This document shows positions 10,561-23,184 of a stretch of 41,003 bases of DNA, piece after piece. The stretch's first letter is position 1. The number at the start of each line of letters is the position of its first letter. The position numbers were made by a program, and so were the translations under genes. The notes beneath the pieces are model-generated. The model was not told the origin of the DNA and did not search any database. It worked only from the letters and a program-made list of their open reading frames with translations. Location of the stretch: positions 1 to 41,003 of the forward strand of contig SNRW01000020.1 of assembly GCA_008636045.1 (NCBI GenBank), in the 5' to 3' direction. The stretch is from Streblomastix strix (lineage: Eukaryota).

Positions 10561-13500
10561 ATAGTTTTCCTGAAGAAAGCTGAGATAATCTAACTGCTCA
10601 AAATCAACAACATAAACGTCAATGAATCATTAAAATTTGATTAACTTAAAGAACAACTCTATGATTATTTAAACAAGATTGATTTTAAGAAATAAGGAAG
10701 AAATAACTATTATGAATTGAAAGTGCTTCTAAAATAAATACATTAATACAATATATAAGTAATTAAAGCTAAAGATATGATTAATCATTTCAAATAGAAT
10801 CAATATAGTTAAGATTTATAGGAAAGTCATAGAGAATAATAGCAATAATAAGCTGATGTCTACTATTATGAAATATTAGAATAGAATCGATAAATACATT
10901 AAGATTTAACTCATTATCATTTAAGTTAATATGAATAAGAATTATACGAATATCGTTAATAATAAGAATAACAATAAGCTAATGACTTCTGGACTGATTA
11001 TATCATTCAGGAGTAGGAATAAGCTAGAAGAATAATGGAAGAAGAGTAAGAGGCGAATCTACAATATCAAATAATTGCATAGTAAAATAAAGAGATTAAA
11101 GATAAATTTAAGCAGTATGATGGAAAAGACATTAATTAAATAGATAATGATGTAGGTGTTATATTGTATTTTTGTCCTGAGAAAATGTAGTAATTTATTG
11201 CTACCGTTGATAATGCAAGAACAAATTTTAATCGTGAACGCACTATAAATTAAAGAGATGAGCATTTCATGCCCGCCAACGCAGCTGGTAAACAGGGATA
11301 ATTAAGTCAATTACATTATAATAATGTTATCTAATCATTATCGAATATTAAGATGTTAGTTGATGAAGTTTATGAATCATAACACCATTAAGCATTCAAG
11401 ATATAATTTAATTTTGGCATCATTTACGAGGAATATAAGCATGATTAGAATGATTATGTTTAAATTGAATATGGATTTATTTTACCTAGAGATACTCGTA
11501 TATAAGAACATTCTCCTAAAGTTATATAAAATTAAGATGATACTGAAGAGTATTGACAATATATTAAAGCTGAGATAATTAATATGTAGAATTTCACAAT
11601 AAATAGTACAAGATAACGACATATAGCTATATATTCCTTAATAATCAAAACATATAACCTTTAACCATAAATTGTTGGAGCTAGTAAGAAAGAATTAATC
11701 GATTTACATTGTCTGGGCGCTAAAATGTGATATATGAAAATACAGGAAATAGTAACAATTGTTTTATGGAAGCAATAGCAAAATCTTTATATCCTGATAC
11801 TAAAAAGAAACGTTACCATATTGATGAAATTATTAAAATTAGCAAGCAACTATTAATTTAAGAATTAGAGCCATCATTCGATTCAAAAAGTAGAAAAATA
11901 ACTGATTTATTGAAGGTATTTGATGGATTAGATATAACTAAATATGCATAAATTGTATCATAAAAGTTAAAAATTAACCAAGACATTTACTATTATGAGA
12001 AAGAACATAAGAATTTTTATAGAGGATTGTAGATAATATATTAATGTGAAGAAATCGAAGATCGGAGCTCGGTTAATTAACCTAAAACAATTGATATATT
12101 AGTTGTTGAATCGATTTGGGAAGGGAATAAGATATCACATGCATTTGCCATGGCTAATAAATAAACATTAACTGGATTGAAATTTTGCCCACATTGTAAC
12201 TCAAAAGCATTCGATCCTAAAGATAAAAACTACTTTAGAGACTATGAGAAACACATTATTAAATGTGAGAATAATGTTGGGAAAATAATTATGAAAGTTA
12301 AACTGGATTATATTTAAAAACGTTATTGTTCACACATTATGCAGAATAAAACTTTTCAATATCTATTAGCTAATGAAAGAGAAAATGAATATAAACTAAC
12401 ACAATATTTTATCACATATGATCTAGAAACAGTGCCTAAAATCGTTAATAAAAAGTTCTGTAAATCATGTCATTAAATGTATGAATTATTTCCTTTATCA
12501 GTTGCATCAACTATCTGTAACAAATAAGTGATTAAGAAAATATTCTTTAGCTAAAAGGATGGCGTAGATTTCATAGTTTAATTGTTAAATTAATTGTTTA
12601 AAGAAGCAGAATAAGTTAATGCTGACTACTAATATTTAACATCAGCTGGGAAAATTGATCAAACAATTCCATATTCAATAGAAGTACCAATAATAGGATT
12701 CAATAGCTCAAGATTTGATATGTCAATAATTATATCATATATGTAATGTTAAGATTGGACAATCGCTAATTATACTGGTAGCCCATCAACAGCTAAGTTG
12801 GTAATTGTGTATCATAAAAAATTGAGTTTGAAAGTGAAATTTGTTGATATGTTAACGTATCTTTAACCTATGGAACTAAAGTAAGCAGCTAAAGATTTTG
12901 GTGATCGATATGATGATAAAAAAGGCTTATTTCCCTAAGAATCTTTCAATATTGATAACCTTAATGAAATTCTAAGTAAATCAGAACTATTTACAAAGGA
13001 AGATTTCAACTCAACATTAAATAAAACTAAAATTAGTTAGAAGGATTATTAAATATATCTAGATGATACAAAACGATTCAATAATAGAAGGGATTACTTA
13101 CAATATTATAATGAATTAGATATATATATAATGATTAAACCACTAATGACATTAATTAGTTTATAATTTAAATATAAGATTGAAATGTTTTGTTTTATAA
13201 GTATGGCAGCATTTTCTAATGCTATCAAATATACTAAAGCCTATGAGGATTTTAACATTAATGGAGTATATCCTATTTTTGAGGATTTGTCATAAAAATT
13301 TATTTTAACTGAGTAATATTGATAGAGTAAAGTAAAAGGATATATTCAATAAGATAAACATAAAAAAAGAGATATCAAGAATAATGTATAAGATGGTGAC
13401 TACGAATATTTCAAACGATTATTTAATGATTCTAATTACAAAATTTGTGGAAGTAAATTTTCGTGGTATAATAAGCCAACATTAGATAGAATCGATAATT

Positions 13501-15186
13501 TATAGGGTCATTCCATAGATAATGTTTTGCCCTGTTATTTATATTGTAATTGTTTCTGTTTGAACAAAGACAAAAATATTGGTAAATTGTTCATATAATT
13601 ACGTAAATATTGTATGATTCGCTGTTTACCAACTAATTTAACAGATATTGAAGTATATCATTTAATCAGAAAATGGATCACAGGTGGATTATAAAATGTA
13701 ATGCATCGAGTTAATAGATCGAGAATTGATTTTATAAAACGATTATAGTATGATAAAGATAATTAAAAGGTAACTGTTCTAACAACTGATCATAGAAATA
13801 CTCATGTTGTTAGTGTTGATTTTAATTCTTTATATCATTGTGTTATTTTATTTGAGCCACATAAATTTATTAAGAATACGAATGGAAAAATGCATATGTG
13901 TGGATCATAAACAAGAAAGATAATTGGGGACAATGATCATTCAAAATAAACAATGTAACGAATAATTAATAGTAAAAATAAATTTACAGCTGATGGCTAA
14001 TTGTTCCTAGCAGAAGTTTAAGACCACATTGATTAGAATTATATCAACGATTACATTAATTTCCCATCTATTCAAAGAAATTATGAATTTATAACAGATG
14101 AAAGAACTATTGGTAGTTATATGTATAATCATATGAAAAACAATAATGTTAGCACTGATCTAAAATATAGAAAGCTAACAAATCTTACATCAGCGATGGG
14201 AGAATATATAGCATTTAGCTCCTATTACCTGTGGTTCTTAATTGTTGATTGATACTTTATTATAGATGATGTGAAATAGATAGTACTATTCAATAAACAT
14301 GACTAATTCAATTTATTCATTAAGGAATTTATTAAAAACAGTATTGAAGCAAAATTTGATGAGAATAAGGGATAAGAATAATTTTTCAAGATTGTTATAA
14401 ATAGTTCTTATGGTAGTGATGGAATGAATTCAAGAAAACTATCATAAAGTAATAATAATGAATAAGAAGTAAACAGAAAGAGCTATTAGATCTAATGCCT
14501 TCATGGACGAGTAAAAGATATCTGAAGACAGTTATCTTGTATAAATGAATCCAGAACATTGTAGTTGCAAAACACCTTTATAAGTAGCTTTTTTTGTATT
14601 AGATAATGCTAAATATTGGTATCTAAATTTCATATATAACTTCATGTACAAATGCTTAGATATGAATAGGATACATTTTATTGAAGGAGATACTGACTCA
14701 GCTTATTGGGCAATTAGTGGTAATCCTAATGAAAATTTTACTTAGAAATTTAATGCCGTAATTATTGATTGAGATTTTTATAATGTGAATGCTAAGTATT
14801 TCTTTCCTACGATTAGAGAAAATATATATGATGAGAAGAAAATCCTTGGATTATTGATCGAACGATAGGGAATATCAATGATTGCATTAGCTTCAAAAAA
14901 TTACACGATAGAAACAAACTACTGTGCAAATTCAAAAATAAAATTAAAATGAGTTAATTTGAAAACTAACAAAATCTCTAACGATTAGATAATCGATTGC
15001 ATTAATGAGGGAAAGATAACGAAATGTACTAATATGAGATTGGGCTAGAAGAATCATTAGATGAGTCAATTAGCTATAGAGAAGAATGGAATCACTGGTA
15101 TCCACACGAAAATGCTTGTGCTAGAGAATCAATCATACTGTCCTTTTATGTATGGATTAACTGCTAAGAATTACTCATTCAATTGA
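10561..15186 (+). pseudogene. Protein-primed family B DNA polymerase with long N-terminal region and HNH-like insert
   Basis: ExoI FITYDLET (~12410), ExoII IGFNSSRFD (~12695), KGLFP, ExoIII YNELD, motif A DFNSLY (~13818), motif B KIVINSSYG (~14388), motif C EGDTDS (14683-14700), KNY, KLKxV. Frameshift near 14430 and several TGAs. The likely start position reads ATA. Confidence 0.95.
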
Positions 15187-15190
15187 AGAA

Positions 15191-15660
15191 TCATTTATTT
15201 TTGAGAATCTCAAATTTACCTAACCACTTATTCAATATAATAAACTCATATTTTTTTAATGTTTTATACAATAATTGTAATTCATCAAAATCTAGATTTT
15301 ATAAGGTATTTTCATCACACAATTATCTTAGATCACTTTCTCTAAGATCAACGCCTAAGCAAATTACATGGGTTAATATCCTTGCTGTCTTAAATAAATA
15401 AGTTGGACGTTAAGCTACAAAGAAAATAGTATTTTTTGAATGACAAGAATCTCTAAAGAAATGCATAATTGTTTTAGATAATTATGAACTAAATCGTTAG
15501 ATATCTGCATTAGATCCAATTTCATCGAAGAGCATTAATGTATGTAGTAATTAAGCTTTTTCTAATATAGATATTGTCATCACCTTTACGTCAACCTGAT
15601 CGTTGTCTACTATTTTGAATTTCTTTTAGTAACTAACGTTTTGAATTAGTGCAGGAATAT
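15191..15660 (-). pseudogene. A32/FtsK-HerA-type packaging ATPase, N-terminally truncated
   Basis: Walker B HTLMLFDE, degenerate arginine finger DSCHSK (expected RH), sensor TIFFVAQRP...RILTHVI. No Walker A was found upstream. Confidence 0.75.
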
Positions 15661-15669
15661 CGAATCTCA

Positions 15670-17332
15670 ATAGTCAATATCAATTCATTACTATTAAATA
15701 ATTACTCTAAATAATTGTTATTATTATTTAATATTAATAATGGATAATTTGAATCTGTTAGTTGTATCTCAAACTAGTCATTTTTGAATGCTTTTCTTTC
15801 ATTAATCGTTTAATCAGTTCCAACGTTCACTAATTCATTACCATTAAATTTAATTATTGAACTATCACTATTAATCGATATCCCCACGCTATGGTCAGCT
15901 TATCGTAAAGATGATGGGTTAATTGTCAGCGCATTATCATTTGTCTTGCTTATTTCCCATTGTCCCGATTGAGTTGTATTAGTAGCTGTTTTAAACAACA
16001 TAAATATAATACTGAATAACTATTATAATTTCCAATTCTAATACCATTATTATACGTAGCATAATTTCGATCTGTTGGATTAACTTATAACATATTATTT
16101 ACTATTCCACCATTACCTAAATTATATGAAATTGGTATCTATGTTTAGCTTCCACTAATTGATGAAACAATATCCTATATTAAAATCTCGGTAATTCGAT
16201 TAGTCATGTATGAGCTTTAATTACTAACAGTAACAGTTACACTCCCACTACCAGTCATCATATGTATCCTTGCAGTATATACAGCTGTAGAATAGGAACC
16301 TGTATGAGTATGCAATAACTAATCAGCTCCATAATAAATATTATATGCAGGTTATACATAAGATGGAGCAGTAAATACACCATATACATTAGTGATACCA
16401 TTAATGATATAATAAGGCTATAATCTAATGATTTGAACAGCATTATATGCTGAATATAATTTAAATTCTATAAATTGACTATCAGTACTAGCACCTGCAG
16501 GAAATACACACAATCTAACCCATCCACTACCTGAATATGTTCTTGACAATTTATTATCCAAAGTAATTGTATCTCCATTAGCGCATAACACTTTTGAAGC
16601 AGTTCTACCAGTCTTAATAAATTTAGTTGCTGTAACATTACCATCATAAGTTAATTATTAAGGATGAAAATGGTCTTGTCTAAGGTAAAAAGCTGATGTT
16701 CCATTAGCACCAACTCCATTAGCGATTGGAATATTTGAAGCATTAGTTTAAACAATAATCGGATGTAAATGATTGTTTCTAGCATAATAATTAGTTGTTC
16801 CAACTGATCAACTTGCACTATCTTGTGGGTGAATAGAAGTTGTTATATTGACAGGATGAGAATGATCGTTTCTAGCATAATAATTAGTGGTACCAACTGA
16901 TCCATTTGTAGAATCACTAGGTAGAATAGTAGTTGTTATATTTAATGAGTGAACATGATCCGCACGTGAATATTCTGCGCTAATTCTTGCAGTTGCAGTA
17001 CCGTCAGTTAAAGAAGTTGCATCATTTGCAGGCGTTACTTGATCTGGAACTATATCTCCATTATTATACCAATTTGCATCACACATACAAACTGTCCCAA
17101 TTTCAACGCTAAATAAAAAATCATCATTAGCGTAATTAGATAAGTTTTATATATCTGTCTTCAATAAATAATATCCTCTGAAATGTGTTTTTCGTGAAAA
17201 TTCATAATTATTTGTTTCAATATCATTCTTTATATCAGTGATATCCTATTCAGTTGTCCCAATTGATTGTTATAATAAATTCACTTAATTAATCAACTAA
17301 TTAATCAATGCAACAAAGTCAAAATTAATCAT
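15670..17332 (-). pseudogene. Fibre-like protein with YARxDHxHP repeats
   Basis: YSRADHVHS, YARNDHSHP, YARNNHLHP, YLRQDHFHP, then FIKTG...VLCANGDT and a beta-rich region ending ELVNVGTDQTI. TGA at 16808 and a frameshift near 16000. Confidence 0.7.
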
Positions 17333-17334
17333 TT

Positions 17335-17587
17335 TCAAATTCTTTATCCTTAACAATCCATTAGGTTCTATTTTTAATGCAAAATATGATGCAATTCCAT
17401 CAACAATTTAATTGTTAGTAGCATAGACTAATGCATTGTTATTATCTATGAATAGTTGGTATACATCATTTGACATCATTCCACAACCTGATCCACCTCG
17501 TTTCTAATATTGAATATAGTAAGCTATATCGTTAGTGATAAGTTATCAAATTGTTCGAATTTATTGTTTCGATAATAAGCAGTTCAT
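17335..17587 (-). pseudogene. Small element hypothetical protein, disrupted
   Basis: ...YIQYQKRGGSGCGMMSNDVYQLFIDNNNALVY...LKIEPNGLLRIKRI-TGA. Confidence 0.35.
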
Positions 17588-17607
17588 TTCTTCAAAAATA
17601 AATTACA

Positions 17608-17817
17608 TCAATTACGTTTATTTACCAATCGATCCATTGCTCCTGCAAGATTAGCTCCTGCACCTAATGTTCCACCAATTCCCGAATGAATCATTCCTAC
17701 TGGTCCTGAGATTGTTGATAAAATTTTATGTAAAGCTGGTGCAACACATTTTGTTACATTCTTAATTCCTGTTATTAATTTTGAACCAAAGTTATTAATT
17801 CCAGAGAAGAAACCCAT
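17608..17817 (-). CDS. 69-aa Gly-rich amphipathic peptide, putative membrane-penetration or internal virion protein
   Basis: Intact ORF MGFFSGINNFGSKLITGIKNVTKCVAPALHKILSTISG..., divergent from the MCP gene with a 67-bp gap. Confidence 0.7.
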   Translation of the reverse strand: MGFFSGINNFGSKLITGIKNVTKCVAPALHKILSTISGPVGMIHSGIGGTLGAGANLAGAMDRLVNKRN

Positions 17818-17884
17818 TTTTGATTTAAAATAAATTTTTTTAACTCAATCATCAGTTAAATAGAATAATATTTGTTTCAATAAA

Positions 17885-19868
17885 ATGTCATTTAAATACA
17901 GTGATTATCTTGGTCGCTTAGCAAAAATACAACATTCTGATTACGTTAGTGGATATATGTAACTTGGAAAAGTATTAAAATCATTTTATATTCATCCATA
18001 GTCGTTTGAAATACCAAAGCAAAATTTCTTTAATTCCCCTATTACTGAATTAACATCTTGTGGAGTTAAATATACTAGAGCATCATTAGGAGCAAGAGGT
18101 AAATCAGCATGTTCAATGATTCAAATATGTTAAGTAAATTGGACAATTACAATACTTAAAAATATATTAGCGATATAATTAAATAAAACATATGATGAAT
18201 GGAATACTGCAGGTAAATTAAACGCACGAACTAATTTCAATGGTAAAGAAGATCCATTTGCCGACTGGACTACAAATATGTCTTAAGTATAATAAGGATA
18301 TTATGGAAAAACAGCTGAAAGAATAGAAATGTCAGATCATCTATAATTTTGGATTGGATTCTCTATTGCGTGTGGACCAATCTACTAATTTTACCTAATG
18401 AAATTTGCAACAGCATTATGGGGATCAGCAATCTACGCAAGAGAATAAGCAGTAATTAGTGGGAATTCTCTTAGTGATTTGTGTACTAAAAATAGCGTTA
18501 GTGCTTCACCTTTAGAAAGTATAATTGAAAGAAAACGTTATTGTGTAGTATTTATTGATATCCCACTCTGTGAAATTGACAGATTAGCAACTGGTGAAGC
18601 TACAGGAATACCATTCTATTACAAAATTCCTAGCGATATTATATTCAGTGGAGTACTTGATCTTAACTAACTAAATCCTATATTTAATTCATTCCTTGTT
18701 CTTACTCGTAATTATGCAACATTACATCTATAATTATAGATATAAGATTTCTTATAATATTTGAAGGTTGGTTGGCTTAACAAAAATGATACAGTATAAA
18801 ATAATCATTTAACTTATTACATGATTCCTTCTGAGAAACCTGATATTGTTTATCTTCTAGCCGAAGAAGGAAAAGTTAATATGACTCTTGAATATCTGAG
18901 ATATAATGTAGGAATAGTAAAAATGTAAAACGCTGCTATCGGTGACTAAATACCACAAAATTCAATTAGTTAGATTGGAACAGCTAAATTTGATGTATTA
19001 GAGATATAAAACATATGCTTCAATATTGAAAATGAAGACGCTATAATTAGTATGATTCAATAACAAAAAATAATTAACTTTCCTACATAGGTATTTAGAA
19101 CATAATCATCAAACTTTCCATTTAGTGGATTTGATAAAGATAGTGGATCAATGTATAGCATTATGTCTTTCTCTAACATAAAATCACTATTTATGACATT
19201 TGCTATGCCATAGTATCTAACATGGTTTTACCCTATATTAATCAAAGGACTTAATCTAGTTATTGATTAGAACAATATTATACCATAATCATATAAATCA
19301 ATAATTAAGCAACTAATGGATAAATGTTTGACTGCTTCGTTGATTAAGATGTAGTTAGTGCGCCATCAGATCTATATCATTCACTCACATTTGAGAACTT
19401 GAATGTTGATGATAAAAAAAATTGCTATGGATGGACACATAATAACGATTAATATAAAACAGCTAACATATTCTATTTAACAACATTGTATAGTGGAAGT
19501 AAAACAATTAGAACACTTTTTTCTAACAAATATATGCTTGCATGGAAATTGTCTACTGATGATTCATTTATGCGAATATATAACTCTTCAAAGCTAGGTT
19601 CTAGAACTAATATATAAGTGATTTTGTAAGAAAATTTGACTAAAGGTATTATTGATACAACTAATGTAAGTCCATCTTAGAAATAAAGTAATTTCAAGTA
19701 ATTCATTGGAACTAGAGCATATCCTGATCCTACTAAAGCATCTACACCAATGATGCATTATCTATGTGATGCGTTTGTTAGAATTATATTTGATGATAGT
19801 TCATTGACATAAGTATTAAATATTGACGTTATTGGTGAACTGACTGGGGAACTATTAAGCCTCAATGA
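17885..19868 (+). pseudogene. Putative major capsid protein (double jelly-roll expected)
   Basis: ~660 codons: FWIGFSIACGPI, YAREQAVI, DLNQLNPIFNSF.VLTRNYA.L.LQL, IINFPTQV, SLTFEN, PMMHYLCDAFVRIIFD. The call rests on size, composition and context. Frameshifts near 19300 and near the 3' end. Confidence 0.65.
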
Positions 19869-20057
19869 AACCATAGGTTTGAGCTCTGCTAAGCAAAAAT
19901 AAAATTATTTGTCATCTACATATCTTTGATTCGCAGGCATATTTAATTGCTGCTTCCAATATAGTCTTAAAGATAGCGTGCCAGTTAATGTTCAATTAGT
20001 CAAGAGTGTAAATAATTGTTTCATTGAATCCATCTATTTAAATATTTTTAAAATTGC

Positions 20058-20816
20058 TCAACTTGCTGATTAATTATGAATGGCATATGAATCACATATT
20101 TAAACACAAAAATAATCAGGCAAACTAAGCTAACACATTGTATTTATTATAAAATTGCCATTAGGATTAATATAGCAATCTATAGGAATTGTACCATTCC
20201 AGCATATTGAATAACCGTAGTTTTTTTAAGCAAACATAACTGCATTTAATGGTATATTACTAAGTGTTCCAGTGAATTTTGGTTTTATTGCATTATCAAC
20301 GATTGAGAATAAAATATGTGCTGATAAACATACAGTATTAGGATTAGAGTGAGTTATTTATAGTGAAATATATACTCTACTATTTTATGTAGTTAATATG
20401 CCCCAAATTCGGTTCTCATACATTCCATAAGCAATTGCTGAATAACGTACATTTTCAATAGTTTCATAGTCAAATTAATCCTTATCAATAGTATCTCCAT
20501 TAGCCAATAGAATTTAGTTACTTATTCCACCATATTTGTTAATTTTACCAGCTATAAGAGGTTATAGAAATGTTTATACACCACGAATAATCTAGTCGGT
20601 ATGAAAATTAACAAATTCGATAGAATTTCTAAAGAATCAATTCAAATAATTAAAGTACTTTATTATCTCATTATCAATAACTTATAATAATATATTACGT
20701 TCTTTAATTTATTTTTATTTCTCGTCTTATTGTTATATTATTTTGCTTACCTATTCATACTAAATAGATTATTCATCTTCATCAATCATATCTAAATCAC
20801 TTAAGTTTTGATCCAT
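20058..20816 (-). pseudogene. Second, shorter fibre-like protein
   Basis: FVNFHTDQIIRGVQTF...INKYGGISNQILLANGDT shares motifs with the large fibre. One in-frame TGA near 20640 and a frameshift near 20220. Confidence 0.55.
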
Positions 20817-20843
20817 TATTATAATAAAAATAATCAACGTTCA

Positions 20844-21281
20844 TCAAACATAGTACTATATACAATTAACTTCATTTTTAACTCCACATTAACCGTATTA
20901 ACTATATTTTGTTTATTCTTACATTTATTTAACAGCATTTTTCATTCCATAATATTTAGTTGCTTCAGTAACAGTAAAGTTACGTATTGTATAAGTGGAT
21001 CTACTATCCTGAAATTCTTTCATCTGTTACGTATATTGTTTAATTGTTTCATCAATATGTCCAATATTTCTTTTTTCGATCATTATGTAAATTGTTTATT
21101 GATAACTTGGATTATTCTCATATCGCTTCAATAATTTATAGAATGGTTTATTATATTTATTTGATGTTTTTTAATAGAAATAATCACCACATTAATATTT
21201 TGGTTCGACGCATATTTCCTTTGTTATATTTTAAGGTTTCTCGAGCAATCTTCTTCTAAGTATTTCAGATTGTGAAAGCAT
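20844..21281 (-). CDS. Element hypothetical protein (145 aa)
   Basis: Open frame MLSQSEILRRRLLEKPQ...NCIQYYV-TGA under table 6. Confidence 0.55.
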
Positions 21282-21339
21282 TTTGGTTATAGTTAAATTT
21301 AAATAAATGTATAAATAATAGACATCTAAAATAATTATT

Positions 21340-22011
21340 TCAAAATTCATCTTTGGAAATTTCTGAAGTATGAGCATCAGATAAACGAACAAAGTCCTTG
21401 GTAGTACGAAATAATTTCTCAATATAATTGAATAAGACATTATCATTAACTGATATACTAACGTTTTTAGTTAATACTTCCATTACTCTAATCAAATCTT
21501 TCTTTTTATATGATTTACCTATACATGAATGAGATCGCATCAATGGTTCTTCTAATACAATTTCTATATCATCTTCATTCACTTAAGTAATTAATGACCA
21601 AAGTTTAATAAAACTACCTGATGAAAGAACAAAATCATCATTTCTTTTTCTTGTTGTTACTGTGACCCATAATTTATCATTAATGAATTTCATTACTTCG
21701 AGATTTGGATGGAAAAATAAGTATTTTTTTTGACTACTTCCTCTGGATCAACTTATGCAGTTGTTCTATCAACTTGTTTATGTTTATCTTTATTAAATTT
21801 TACTCAAATATTTAGTATTTTTTTATTCTGTTAGGATTAATTATTCAGACGTTGATGTAATAATTTCATTATCAGTTTATGTTACATATTCTTTAGGCTT
21901 GATGGATTCATCGAATGTTGGCATTGATTTAATCCTGCCAATTGCATCATCAATCAATTGCAATCTTATTTTATCTTCATCCGTTAATTCTTTATGTTAT
22001 ATTTCAGACAT
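21340..22011 (-). pseudogene. Element hypothetical protein, frameshifted in A-runs
   Basis: MSEIQHKELTDEDKIRLQLIDDAIGRIKSMPTF...YLFFHPNLEVMKFINDKLW...SEISKDEF-TGA. Confidence 0.55.
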
Positions 22012-22051
22012 TTATTTTTTGTTTTTTGATATACAAATTGAGTTTCTTTCT

Positions 22052-22765
22052 ATGCCCTTTATCATTTTGCTAATTTAAAATTATTCTAATAGACTTACAA
22101 CACGCATTAAAGAATTTGATAGAGAATGGAACAAATATTGAATATTTTGACATCGGATATGTTATCCAAATTAATAAATATATTAAAATGTTTGAAGAAG
22201 GAAAAATGACTCTTAAAATATTAACTTAAACATAGTAGAATAAGTTATTGTTATAAGCTAGAGGTGGTGGAATAGAGCCAAAGAAAAAAAGTTTAAAAAT
22301 ATCCTTAAAAATATATTGAAGGTTATGAAGATTTTTAATCTTATGAACAGTAGGATGTGATTGAGGATCGGATCTATGCAAATTAAGTTGAAAGTGATGC
22401 TTCCATACGCTAAGTATGAGAAAAACCACTAAGGAAACAAGTTAGAAAAAGAATAGTAAAAACATCAAAAACTACATAAATTAGTTGTATTAATCCTCAA
22501 ATTGATTTAGAAGAATTAATCAGATAGAGAACTGAAAATTCATTTATTAAACAATAACATTAAGATGCTGTTAAACAAATAGAGAAACATAATTAAAAAG
22601 TTAAACAATTTAAATAACCCAAATAGACTATTGAAAAGGAAGAACCATAATAAATTTAATAGGAACCTTAATAAATCATTCAAGAACAACCACAAGAAGA
22701 ATAATAACATGAATACAATGATTTAGATTTATATTGATACGATTATTTTATTAAACATCACTGAA
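22052..22765 (+). pseudogene. Degenerate Q/E/K-rich element ORF
   Basis: Coding-like pieces (QARGGGIEPKKK, NPQIDLEELIRQ, QEQPQEEQQHEYNDLDLY) broken by stops and frameshifts. Confidence 0.35.
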
Positions 22766-23184
22766 TGATGTGCAGGTAATTTATTTTTACATTTATTTTA
22801 TATAATTTTCATCAATATACTCGTGAATGTTGAAAAAAAAATAATTTTAAGGGATAATTCATATTAGTAAAATTATATAAAAATTTCATCTCCTGAATAT
22901 GCCAAAAGAATTAAAATAAAAATAAAAATTAAAAAAAAGGAGGTTTCAAAATTTGTTAAATAGAAAAAATTATTATTTATTTTACAGATTTTTGCATTTT
23001 GGCTCTAAATCGTAATATGCAAAAACTGCCAATTAGTGGGATTTTAACCCACAACCTCGATAGAAAATTCACACATCTATCAATATGGCTACTTATACAT
23101 CTAAAAATTATATATTAATACAATTATTAACATTAACCATTTCGTTAATCCTCAATAATTTGTTTATTAATTAATTAGCATTGA

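Larger units (their letters stand above)
5840..22800. mobile_element. Decayed endogenous Polinton/Maverick-like dsDNA virus; boundaries approximate
   Basis: Dense block of intronless ORFs: rve integrase, protein-primed PolB, A32-like ATPase, capsid-like and fibre-like genes. Many frameshifts and in-frame TGAs. No terminal TIR or TSD was identified. Confidence 0.9.

Noticed and set aside
5841..22765. TGA = Trp recoding inside the viral element (LE*IY, TY*FV, TL*ST, QY*QS look like Trp sites)
   Set aside because: Other in-frame TGAs fall at expected Gly, Arg or Cys positions (KLK*VN, SAS*SVG, ID*DFY, VD*YF), and frameshifts and catalytic substitutions co-occur. Neutral decay explains the pattern.
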